DNA from: Candidatus Iainarchaeum sp. | Lineage (GTDB): Archaea > Iainarchaeota > Iainarchaeia > Iainarchaeales > JACQJH01 | DNA: 32,000 bases | Direction of reading: 5' to 3' | Assembly (NCBI GenBank): GCA_016205145.1 | Contig: JACQJH010000002.1 | Location: forward strand, 330,001-362,000 | In this document: piece after piece, positions 1 through 7,225 of the stretch | Position numbering within the stretch: the first letter of the stretch is position 1 | Layout: every line of letters begins with the position of its first letter | Notes under the pieces: generated by a model | Databases searched by the model: none | The model's input: only the letters and a program-made list of their open reading frames with translations | What the model was told of the DNA's origin: nothing | Translations under genes and position numbers: made by a program

Positions 1-588
1 CAGCAGGAGTTCCGGCGGAATTTCCTTCGCAACGGATGAAGCCTTTTTGCCCGAAATTATTGCCGGGCCGGCGCTCATGAAATATCCGAGGGCGGAGGCC
101 CGCTTCACGGTTTCGGCGGAATTCGTGCACCAGTGCAGCAAAACCTTTCTGCAGCCCAGGCCTTCAAGCATGCTTAGGCATTCGCTGTCAGAATTGCGCG
201 AATGCACGACAACCGGCTTTGAAGCCTTTTTCGCGAGGGCGGCGAAAAACCCGAAGGCTTCGGCCTGCAGTTTTTTTTCGGTTCCGCTTTTTGCACGCAT
301 GAAATCCAGGCCTACTTCGCCGATGCCGGCTGCGTTTCCAATGTTCTGCGAAACAAGCGCCCTGGCTTTTTCGATTTCGGCGGGCGGCATCGACAGCAAA
401 TCGGCGGGATGAATGCCGAGGCAAATCTCTATTTCGCTGAATTCCTGCGCAAGCAAAATGTGCTTTTGAATCGACAGAAGGTTTGTTGAGCAGGAAACGA
501 TTTTTTTTACGCGAGTCGCGCCGGCCTCACGCACCGCCGCTTCCGGCTCATTGAACCAGTCCAAGTGGCAGTGCGCGTCAACGAACAT
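1..588 (-). CDS. tatD: TatD-family metal-dependent hydrolase (3' end runs off the window)
   Basis: Absent from the ORF track because it is open to the window edge. Reverse-strand translation from ATG at 588 reads MFVDAHCHLDW...IGEVGLDF...PVVVHSR...VLLHW, the TatD/amidohydrolase metal-ligand pattern. A TATA-like box lies about 28 nt upstream. Confidence 0.8.
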   Translation of the reverse strand, partial: MFVDAHCHLDWFNEPEAAVREAGATRVKKIVSCSTNLLSIQKHILLAQEFSEIEICLGIHPADLLSMPPAEIEKARALVSQNIGNAAGIGEVGLDFMRAKSGTEKKLQAEAFGFFAALAKKASKPVVVHSRNSDSECLSMLEGLGCRKVLLHWCTNSAETVKRASALGYFMSAGPAIISGKKASSVAKEIPPELLL

Positions 589-612
589 TCGCAAAAACGA
601 TTGCGGGAAAGG

Positions 613-620
613 TTATAAAG
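613..620. promoter_or_regulatory. TATA-like box (TTATAAAG) shared by divergent genes (TatD ATG 588, thioredoxin-like ATG 652 / TTG 637)
   Basis: It is the only AT-rich box in the 63-nt divergent spacer, is near-palindromic, and lies about 28 nt from the TatD ATG. Confidence 0.4.
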
Positions 621-651
621 CTTTTTTTGCAAGGAGTTGTTGGGAAAAACG

Positions 652-1875
652 ATGCCTGAAAAAGAAAACCAGCCGGAGGAAACCGCTGAAGCTGGACCGG
701 AAAAAAATCCGGAGCCGCAGAAAAATCCGGCGAAAAATTCCGCACAGCAAAAGCCGCCCGCGTATTTCTGGGCCCTGCTTGTAATCGCACTGCTTGTCGC
801 GTTCGGCCTCATTGCAAAGCTTTCCGTGCCCGAACAGCAGTTGAAGCTCAAATCCCAGGATTCCGGGCCGCAACCGGAATATCTGCGCATCATTCTCATA
901 ACCTCGAAGGATTGCGTGGCGTGCGACAAGGAGCACTCGTTCATGGTTTTGCTGAAGCAGAACAAGATTCCGACGCAATTGCAGCAGTTCGACGCGAACA
1001 GCGCTGACGGAAGCAAGATATTGCGCGATTTCGGCATAAAGGATGTTCCGGTCGTGCTGGTCGGAAAGCCAACTATCAGCGACAAGTTCCTTGTGAAGAC
1101 CAAGTCAAGCGGCTTCGCCAAGCTGGAGGACGTCATAAAGTTTTACCAGAAAACCAATCCAGGCATAGTCTTCACGGACAACACGATTGTGATTCCAGAG
1201 ATCGGTTTTGACTCCGTGCCTAGGACGACTTTCCTGCAGGACAACGCGTCCTGCGGCAGCGCCAGCCAGGCGCAGGTTTTCGTCTTCACCGACCCGTACT
1301 GCGAAACATGCATTGTCTCGGAAGCCCTGCTCGACAAGTTCAGGCTCGACTTCAACTCCGATAACTCGAATGTTTCAATGGACTATTATTTCATTCCCAC
1401 CACTTCCGCGGAGCTTGACGCCAAAAACAAGTCCACCGACGCAGCGCTTGCGGTCAACTACCTGCAATGCGCGCAAACCGCCCGCGGCCTTGACGCATTC
1501 AGGAAAAGCTTTTACACAACCTACTGCGGCTACATAGGCAAAGTCGAGGACAACAACCCCGATTACCTCACGTGCCGCATGCTGAACAACCGCTGGATGC
1601 AGCCGTTAACGCAGGAAGAGCTCGGCAAAAGGCTTGACGAGGCGAAAGTCAACAGGGACGTTTTCGACCAGTGCATTCCGCATGCCGGCGATGACATAGA
1701 ATCGAACAAGGCATTGGCGGTCAAGGACAACATCGACGTGACCCCGCTTGCGGTGGTTGACTGCCAGTACAAGACGCCGGTGGAAAACCTCGCCTCGACT
1801 GTCTGCGCACTGCACCCGGAATTCCTGGCGTGCAAAAAATTCTCAGATTCAAATTCAACGTCCACGGCGCAGTGA
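652..1875 (+). CDS. Membrane-anchored protein with two thioredoxin/DsbA-like CxxC modules
   Basis: ORF 637..1875. There is one N-terminal TM segment (FWALLVIALLVAFGLIA). CVAC and FVFTDPYCETC motifs sit in thioredoxin-fold-like contexts. ATG at 652 is preferred over TTG at 637. Confidence 0.65.
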   Translation: MPEKENQPEETAEAGPEKNPEPQKNPAKNSAQQKPPAYFWALLVIALLVAFGLIAKLSVPEQQLKLKSQDSGPQPEYLRIILITSKDCVACDKEHSFMVLLKQNKIPTQLQQFDANSADGSKILRDFGIKDVPVVLVGKPTISDKFLVKTKSSGFAKLEDVIKFYQKTNPGIVFTDNTIVIPEIGFDSVPRTTFLQDNASCGSASQAQVFVFTDPYCETCIVSEALLDKFRLDFNSDNSNVSMDYYFIPTTSAELDAKNKSTDAALAVNYLQCAQTARGLDAFRKSFYTTYCGYIGKVEDNNPDYLTCRMLNNRWMQPLTQEELGKRLDEAKVNRDVFDQCIPHAGDDIESNKALAVKDNIDVTPLAVVDCQYKTPVENLASTVCALHPEFLACKKFSDSNSTSTAQ

Positions 1876-1881
1876 ACAAAT

Positions 1882-2502
1882 TTGCCGACAAAGGCCTTTT
1901 TCCGCGATCTCGAACTGGTTGTGCTGGACAAAGTCTTCGACCCGCAGGAGGACTCTTTCCTGCTGGCTGAAACAATCGCGGGCCAGCCTTCCCTTGAAGG
2001 CAAACTCTGCATGGATATAGGCACGGGCTGCGGCATCCAGGCAATCGTCTGCGCAAAAAAAGGCGGAAACGTCCTCGCCGCAGACCTGGACGGAAAATGC
2101 GTTGAAAACGCCTTGCTCAACGCAAAACTTCTTGGGCTGCAGGAAAAAGTGAATGCAAAAAAAAGCGACCTTTTTTCGGCGGTTCCAAAAGGCAAAAAAT
2201 TTGACCTCATTGTCTTCAACCCGCCTTACCTTCCCAGCAAAAAGCCGGAAATACTTGCATTGGATGGCGGAAAAAACGGCAGGGAAATCCTCGACAGGTT
2301 TTTGGCCGGACTCCCGCAAAGGCTTGCCCCGCGCGGCACTGCACTGTTCCTGCAGAGCTCTCTGAACGGCCTGCAAAAAACCAAAAAAAAGCTCAGGGAA
2401 AACGGCCTAGCCGGAAAAATCGTCGCAAGGCAAAAACTTTTTTTCGAGGAACTCGTGGTGTTCGAGGCAAACCACATGCCGCGCCATACTGCAAGCCCCT
2501 GA
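1882..2502 (+). CDS. HemK/Mtq2-like N5-glutamine (release factor) SAM-dependent methyltransferase
   Basis: Contains the SAM motif I DIGTGCG and the catalytic NPPY motif (LIVFNPPYLPS). Length is about 200 aa. The start (TTG 1882 or a downstream GTG) is uncertain. Confidence 0.75.
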   Translation: MPTKAFFRDLELVVLDKVFDPQEDSFLLAETIAGQPSLEGKLCMDIGTGCGIQAIVCAKKGGNVLAADLDGKCVENALLNAKLLGLQEKVNAKKSDLFSAVPKGKKFDLIVFNPPYLPSKKPEILALDGGKNGREILDRFLAGLPQRLAPRGTALFLQSSLNGLQKTKKKLRENGLAGKIVARQKLFFEELVVFEANHMPRHTASP

Positions 2503-2527
2503 AATTTAAAAAAGAACCGGCATACTC

Positions 2528-2577
2528 GGCTTATTGCATCAGCAATAAGCCTTAGTTTCGCACCCGCCGGGCGAAAC
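2528..2577 (+). terminator. Two consecutive hairpins after the methyltransferase gene
   Basis: GGCTTATTGC-atca-GCAATAAGCC forms a 10-bp perfect stem at 2528-2551. GTTTCGC-N9-GCGAAAC follows at 2555-2577. A terminator or processing role is inferred only from position. Confidence 0.3.
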
Positions 2578-2590
2578 CGGCGAAAGAAGG

Positions 2591-2598
2591 CATAAAAG
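2591..2598 (+). promoter_or_regulatory. TATA-like box for the DRG GTPase gene
   Basis: CATAAAAG is centred about 26 nt upstream of ATG 2621, matching the spacing seen at many genes in this window. Confidence 0.4.
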
Positions 2599-2620
2599 TT
2601 TTTGCGCACAATCTCTTTGC

Positions 2621-3772
2621 ATGCCGGCAAATGTCACAGTTGAATTCGGGCTCGCGCAGTTGAAATACGAGCAGGCGAAGTCTCCGCAGGCGAAGCTTGA
2701 GGCCCTGCAGGAAATGTGGAAAAGCGCGCCCAGCCACAAGGGCGCCGAAAAACTGCGCGCGGAAATATCCAAAAAAATCGCGCAGGCGCGCCATGAAATA
2801 GAGAAGCAGCGCGACCAGCAGAAAAAGACCGCTTCAAAACAGGATCTGCACATAAAAAAGGAGGGCTGCGGGCAGATCGCGCTTGTCGGGTTTCCGAACA
2901 GCGGGAAAAGCTTCCTGCTCAAGGCGCTCACGAACGCCGACGTGGAAGTGGCGCCCTACCCTTTCACTACAAAAAAGCCCCAGGTCGGAATGGCCCCTTT
3001 CAGCGGAACCAAGCTCCAGATAGTTGAAGTGCCGGGCATAATCGAGGGCAGCTCGGAGGGCAGGGCTTCCGGCACGCAGTTTTTGGGCGCCGTGAGGAAT
3101 GCCGACGCCATCGCGATAATCGTGACCGGAGGCAACGCACTGCACGAGCTTGCGGTCATAGAAAACGAGCTGAAGGCGGTGTACATTTTTGCAAACCGCG
3201 AAAAGCCCAAAATAGCCATAAAGCAGTCCGGCTTCAAGGGCATAACCGTTTCAGGGAAAACGTTTTTGAAAATCCCGGAAAAGGAATTCACCGAATTCCT
3301 GAAAAGCCACGGAATAAAAAACGCGTCCGTCATTCTCGGCGAGGAAACCACGATCGACAAGATTTCTGAAACCCTCAACGAAAAAATCGCATACAAAAAG
3401 GCGCTTGTGCTGGTGAACGTTTTTTCCGGGATGCCGGAAGAAAAAGCGCTTGCCGCCATAAGGAAAAAATGGAACACAATCGTTTATTCCGGGCCTTCGC
3501 CGGAATTCCTGGGAAACGTGAAAAACAGGATGTTCTCGATGCTTGGAAAAATACTTGTCTTCACGAAAAGGCCGGGGCAGGAACCGGACATGGATGAGCC
3601 GCTCATTTTGAAGGAAGGCGCGACAGCCAAAGACGTTGTCACTACCCTGCACAAGGACTTCGCGCAAAACCTCAAATTCGTCAGGGTATGGGGTTCGACG
3701 AGGTTTCCGGGCCAGAAGGTTTCAAAAAACTATAAAATGAAAAACATGGATGTCGTGGAAATCAGTTCCTAG
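2621..3772 (+). CDS. DRG/Rbg-type OBG-family GTP-binding protein with C-terminal TGS-like domain
   Basis: Contains the P-loop GFPNSGKS, followed by PYPFTT (G2) and VEVPGI (G3), and a C-terminal TGS-like end (VRVWGS...GQKV...MDVVEI). Confidence 0.85.
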   Translation: MPANVTVEFGLAQLKYEQAKSPQAKLEALQEMWKSAPSHKGAEKLRAEISKKIAQARHEIEKQRDQQKKTASKQDLHIKKEGCGQIALVGFPNSGKSFLLKALTNADVEVAPYPFTTKKPQVGMAPFSGTKLQIVEVPGIIEGSSEGRASGTQFLGAVRNADAIAIIVTGGNALHELAVIENELKAVYIFANREKPKIAIKQSGFKGITVSGKTFLKIPEKEFTEFLKSHGIKNASVILGEETTIDKISETLNEKIAYKKALVLVNVFSGMPEEKALAAIRKKWNTIVYSGPSPEFLGNVKNRMFSMLGKILVFTKRPGQEPDMDEPLILKEGATAKDVVTTLHKDFAQNLKFVRVWGSTRFPGQKVSKNYKMKNMDVVEISS

Positions 3773-3830
3773 CCGGTTTCGTCCGGCTGGTTCGACGACG
3801 GGTACGCCGCTACGCGCCGTACCCATCTGC
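3773..3830 (+). repeat. 58-nt two-hairpin element, copy 1 (copy 2 at 12901-12958)
   Basis: 53/58 nt are identical to 12901-12958 in the same orientation. Hairpins are TCGTC/GACGA and GGGTACG/CGTACCC. It is followed by TTTATTTTTT and lies between convergent genes. Confidence 0.7.
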
Positions 3831-3877
3831 TTTATTTTTTCTATTAAAAATTTCGGCGGCCATTCAATTGAGAGTAC

Positions 3878-4837
3878 CTATTTGAACTTGTTCAGCTTTT
3901 CTCCGTCAGCCGGCGGTTTTGGCGGGGCGGGAGGCGCTTTTGCCGCGGCCCTCTTGGCGGCCAGGCCGGGATTGAACCATTTCGGGTCGGAAATTTTTTG
4001 GAATGCGAAAAACAGGAAAACCGCCGCGACCACCAGGAAAATGGCGATGTTGAAGTCGAGGCCTATGACCGGCAGGCCGATGGCGAAAGAGCTGTCCGCC
4101 TTGAGCGGCAATTCAATCGTCCGCATTGTTCCGTCAGCCATTGAAAAGCCTGCATCCAGCAGGACTTCGGCTTTGCCTTTTGGTTCAGGCTCGGAATTGA
4201 ACGCAATCGAAAAATCTTTTCCTTCGCCTGCCGCGAGCGTGCCGATGAAAACATCCGGCTTTGCCGAAAACAGGCCGCTTGCGAGAACCGCTTTGGCTGA
4301 AACATTCCGGAGGGTTTCCTTTGAAACGTTTTTTGTGGAAACGCTTATTTTCGCGTCGTTTCCGGATGAAAGGCCGGAAGCGTCAACCGAAACCGAGATT
4401 TGCAGGGGGCTTTTCACGACAGGAAAGCCGAATGACTGCAGGGGAATGAGCTTTTGCGTTCCTGCAAAGGCGGCCATTGAAACATTGGAGTCGGCAGGGG
4501 CGTTTTCCGCCACAACGATTTCCGCCAAAAACTTTTTTTTCTCCCTGGGATTCAGGTTTTCCTGGCCGAAAAAAAACCTGCTGCGCCCGAAGCCCTGTGA
4601 AAAAAAGAGGTTGTCGGAAGCCTCAAGCCGGACGCCGAAGCCTTGCAGAGAAACATCCGAATCGTTTGAAACCGTTATTTCAATCCGCGTTTTTTCCCCG
4701 GCGAAAAGCGGCGTTCCATCCGGCAGGCCGAACAATTTCACGGAAACCCCTGCCTGCGCAACAGCGGAAGCCGCGGCAAAAAAGCAGGAAAGCAGCAAGG
4801 CCGTTGCCGCAAGCCTAATAATGCGGGTTGCCTTCAT
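3878..4837 (-). CDS. Secreted, C-terminally anchored surface protein (Ig/CARDB-like beta-rich repeats, Pro/Ala/Lys tail)
   Basis: Has a signal peptide (MKATRIIRLAATALLLSCFFAAASAVA), a C-terminal TM (IAIFLVVAAVFLFFAF) and an APPAPPKPP tail. The long + strand ORF 3750..4865 is judged a shadow. Confidence 0.65.
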   Translation of the reverse strand: MKATRIIRLAATALLLSCFFAAASAVAQAGVSVKLFGLPDGTPLFAGEKTRIEITVSNDSDVSLQGFGVRLEASDNLFFSQGFGRSRFFFGQENLNPREKKKFLAEIVVAENAPADSNVSMAAFAGTQKLIPLQSFGFPVVKSPLQISVSVDASGLSSGNDAKISVSTKNVSKETLRNVSAKAVLASGLFSAKPDVFIGTLAAGEGKDFSIAFNSEPEPKGKAEVLLDAGFSMADGTMRTIELPLKADSSFAIGLPVIGLDFNIAIFLVVAAVFLFFAFQKISDPKWFNPGLAAKRAAAKAPPAPPKPPADGEKLNKFK

Positions 4838-6143
4838 TCAAATCAACCTCTTCTGGCCCCTGTGACAGGGCCGCGGCAATCTTTTTGCGTTTTCCGAAAA
4901 CGAACAGCAGTACAAGCAGGGCTGCAAGGATTGCCGCAATGCCGAGCAGAATGCCGTTGTCGAAAGGCGCCGGCGCTTCGGAAATGCCCGCGGAATAAAC
5001 GTCGGCAACGTCTTTTTTGGATTTTTCAGCGTACGCCAATGCGAGATCGTATTTTCCGCTTTTCAGGAAAACCTGGGTTTTCGCCCAGTCATCCTTCAAT
5101 TGCGCCACCCCTGCTTGGTCCGCCCACAAAAACTCGTTTTCTTCTGCCAGGACTATTGCAATGGCGCCTGAAAGCGAGGAAAATTCCGGCCGCGTTTTTT
5201 TCACCAAAGCGTCGTCCCTGCCGTTTATGGCCTTGAGCGCGGAGCTTTTCTTCACCCTGGTTTCAAGCTTCGATGCGAAAAGCAGTGACTTGGAGTCCGC
5301 GTCGTCAAAAGAATCCGAAATCCTCTGCTTCAAAGAAACCGCGATATTTGAAAACGACGGCAGCCTGCGCGTCTCGTCCGGTGCCTGCAAAAGATTGCTT
5401 ATGCTCGTCTTTTCCTCGATTGACAGGCCGGTCGAGGCGACGGCCTGCTTGAGCTTGTCGGCATCATCAAGGTACGCCTGGACCGCGTCATTGAACGCGA
5501 AAAAACCGGAAAACGACGAGTCAAAATTTTCGCGCAATTTGTCAATGGAATTCGTGTCGGGCGATTCGAAGAATTCGCGGCGCCTCTGTTCCGTTTCAAA
5601 AAAGCCGCTGCCCGTCGAGGAAGCCAGGGAAACAAGCGAGTCAAGCCTGCCCGCAAGCCTGCCCGCGTCGGCCTCCACTGCAGGATAGCCTGCCAAAACT
5701 GATTTGGCGGTGAGAATGTCGGATTTCTCGTTCCTGAGCGAATCGGCGAAAGAATCGAAAAACTTGACGTTGATGTCGTCAAAAAGCCAGCCGCTTGACT
5801 GCGCGTCAAAAGACTGCTTTGTCTCAAGGACCGACCTCAAAACGAATGCGGTGCGCAGAAGCTCCCTGCGCAGGAAACCGCTTTCAGGGATTTTCGGATC
5901 CTTTTCATCGGACAACGGAATGAAATCCGAAACCGAGCCGTTCTCCAAAACCGCGGCAACCCAGTAATTGCGCCCCGCGCTTGCAACCGTGGTTTCAGGC
6001 AGTATCTGTGCCTGCTCGCCAGAATCCAGGAGACTCTCCGACCGGACAAAATTCAGCACGTCCTTGGATGAAAGCACGGAAGCCGAGGCGAAAACTGCAA
6101 AGCCCAGGACAAGCAAAAACGCCAATGCAACGCGTGAGCGCAT
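4815..6143 (-). CDS. Secreted, C-terminally anchored hypothetical protein
   Basis: ORF 4815..6161. ATG at 6143 (MRSRVALAFLLVLGFAVFASA) lies about 25-30 nt downstream of a TATA-like box (rc CTTTATTAATAC). C-terminal TM is GILLGIAAILAALLVLLFVF. It overlaps the downstream gene by 23 nt. Confidence 0.6.
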   Translation of the reverse strand: MRSRVALAFLLVLGFAVFASASVLSSKDVLNFVRSESLLDSGEQAQILPETTVASAGRNYWVAAVLENGSVSDFIPLSDEKDPKIPESGFLRRELLRTAFVLRSVLETKQSFDAQSSGWLFDDINVKFFDSFADSLRNEKSDILTAKSVLAGYPAVEADAGRLAGRLDSLVSLASSTGSGFFETEQRRREFFESPDTNSIDKLRENFDSSFSGFFAFNDAVQAYLDDADKLKQAVASTGLSIEEKTSISNLLQAPDETRRLPSFSNIAVSLKQRISDSFDDADSKSLLFASKLETRVKKSSALKAINGRDDALVKKTRPEFSSLSGAIAIVLAEENEFLWADQAGVAQLKDDWAKTQVFLKSGKYDLALAYAEKSKKDVADVYSAGISEAPAPFDNGILLGIAAILAALLVLLFVFGKRKKIAAALSQGPEEVDLNEGNPHY

Positions 6144-6243
6144 GAAATACAAGAAAGGCAATTTGTATTAATAAAGGTTTATTGGCGCCCTTGCACTGCC
6201 GGAAAAACCAATAAAAACCCAACCGCGCACTCTTTTACCTGTC

Positions 6244-6568
6244 GGGGTCATGGGGTAATGGCAGCCCGATAGGCTCCAGAGGGCCCTTTTTCTTTCTTGC
6301 GAAGAAAGAAAAAGTGCTCCAGCCCAAAAAGAAAGAAAACTTTTCTTTTATGGTTGGGGTTTTTGTCTTTGGAGCGACGAGTCCGCGATGCGGGCGATGA
6401 CGAGCTACAGGTACTACGAGTTTTGCAGAAGCGAAACGATGACAACAAAAAAAGCGTGATTCGGCCGGCAGAGGGTTCGAGCATTGCGAGGACCCTCAAC
6501 TTCGCACTCGCCGGGCGATGACGGCGCGGGGTGACCTGTAGGTCTGGGTTCGATTCCCAGTGATCCCA
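6244..6568 (+). tRNA. tRNA-Trp (CCA) interrupted by a 254-nt intron at the canonical 37/38 site
   Basis: Exons are 6244-6279 and 6534-6568. Stems are acceptor GGGGTCA/TGATCCC, D GGGT/GCCC and anticodon ATAGG/CCTGT. The anticodon loop is CTCCAG|A and the T arm is CTGGG-TTCGATT-CCCAG. A BHB-like motif forms when CTCC (nt 32-35) pairs with GGGG 6528-6531, flanked by 3-nt bulges AG|A and TG|A. Confidence 0.8.
6280..6533 (+). ncRNA. tRNA-Trp intron carrying box C/D-like guide elements
   Basis: Guide 6370-6375 (TGGAGC) is complementary to tRNA nt 31-36, and guide 6405-6412 (CTACAGGT) to nt 38-45. Each is followed by ACGAG. CGAUGAC boxes lie at 6395, 6437 and 6516. There is a 13-bp perfect hairpin at 6286-6314. 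Confidence 0.5.
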
Positions 6569-6570
6569 AA

Positions 6571-6600
6571 GGCGGAGGGGGCTCCGCCCCCCAATTTTTT
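6571..6600 (+). terminator. GC hairpin plus T6 tract after tRNA-Trp
   Basis: GGCGGAG-gggg-CTCCGCC is followed by CCCAATTTTTT. Oligo-T tracts are the usual archaeal termination signal. Confidence 0.45.
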
Positions 6601-6632
6601 GCGAAACCAAGGTTTTGGAAAATTTGAAAACA

Positions 6633-6641
6633 ATTTTATAC
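6633..6641 (+). promoter_or_regulatory. TATA-like box for the 6665 operon
   Basis: ATTTTATAC is centred about 28 nt upstream of ATG 6665. Confidence 0.4.
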
Positions 6642-6664
6642 CTCTTAAGCCCTAATGTCTTTTT

Positions 6665-7225
6665 ATGTCACGGCATCTCGCCAAGCGCGTTGAGGAAATT
6701 TCGAAAGAGTTTGCGCGCAAGAATGAGGTCAAGCTCAGGATGATTGCGAACCGCACATTGAGCCAGGCCGTGCTGTCCAACGACATGATTTTGGCGGAAA
6801 TCGCGCTCATCGCCTATTGTTTGCACAAGCTTTCGGTCAAGGAGCATGTCGTGAAGAACCCTAAATGGAAGATTGCGCGCCAGCAGATTCTTTCAAACCT
6901 TTCCTCCGCGGCGTATGCGGTGAAAGGCGAGGACCTCAGGCCGTTTGTGCGGCAGCTTGACTTCACGGTAACGCGCATTGAGGCCATTGACACCAGGCTC
7001 GGCCATTTTGCGGTGAACCTTTTCGATCGGGCCAGGGTCAAGCTTGCGTCCGATGCCTATTCGCTGGGGCTGTCATTGAGCAGGGCGGCCGAGCTCACGG
7101 GCTGTGACAAGCGCAAATTGCAGGAATACATCGGCATCACGAAAATGCATGACGAGGAAGGCGAAACTTTCGGCATTGGCGAAAGGCTTGACTCGCTTGA
7201 AACTGCATTGGCAGGTGCACAATAA
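6665..7225 (+). CDS. Hypothetical protein with C-terminal HTH-like segment
   Basis: ORF of 186 aa with its own TATA-like box. LSLSRAAELTGCDKRKLQEYIG resembles a helix-turn-helix. Its stop overlaps the next start (TAATG). Confidence 0.55.
   Translation: MSRHLAKRVEEISKEFARKNEVKLRMIANRTLSQAVLSNDMILAEIALIAYCLHKLSVKEHVVKNPKWKIARQQILSNLSSAAYAVKGEDLRPFVRQLDFTVTRIEAIDTRLGHFAVNLFDRARVKLASDAYSLGLSLSRAAELTGCDKRKLQEYIGITKMHDEEGETFGIGERLDSLETALAGAQ

Noticed and set aside
2555-2577. GCGAAAC/GTTTCGC heptamers recurring in several intergenic regions, considered as a window-wide regulatory motif.
   Set aside because: A 7-mer is expected a few times by chance in 32 kb on both strands, and it also occurs inside CDSs (for example near 23755, 26941 and 28870). 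It is kept only as a side note to the tandem-repeat finding.
3750-4865. A 371-aa plus-strand ORF overlapping the 3878-4837 gene. The plus-strand ORF at 5017-5688 is similar.
   Set aside because: The opposite-strand ORFs have clean signal peptides, TM anchors and a TATA-like box at the right spacing. The plus-strand ORF would also have to read through the 58-nt repeat element.
6297-6521. A 74-aa ORF (and the antisense 120-aa ORF at 6248-6610) inside the tRNA-Trp intron, considered as a possible intron-encoded protein or homing endonuclease.
   Set aside because: It is too short and has no LAGLIDADG, GIY-YIG or HNH-like motif. The region is better explained by RNA hairpins and guide complementarities.
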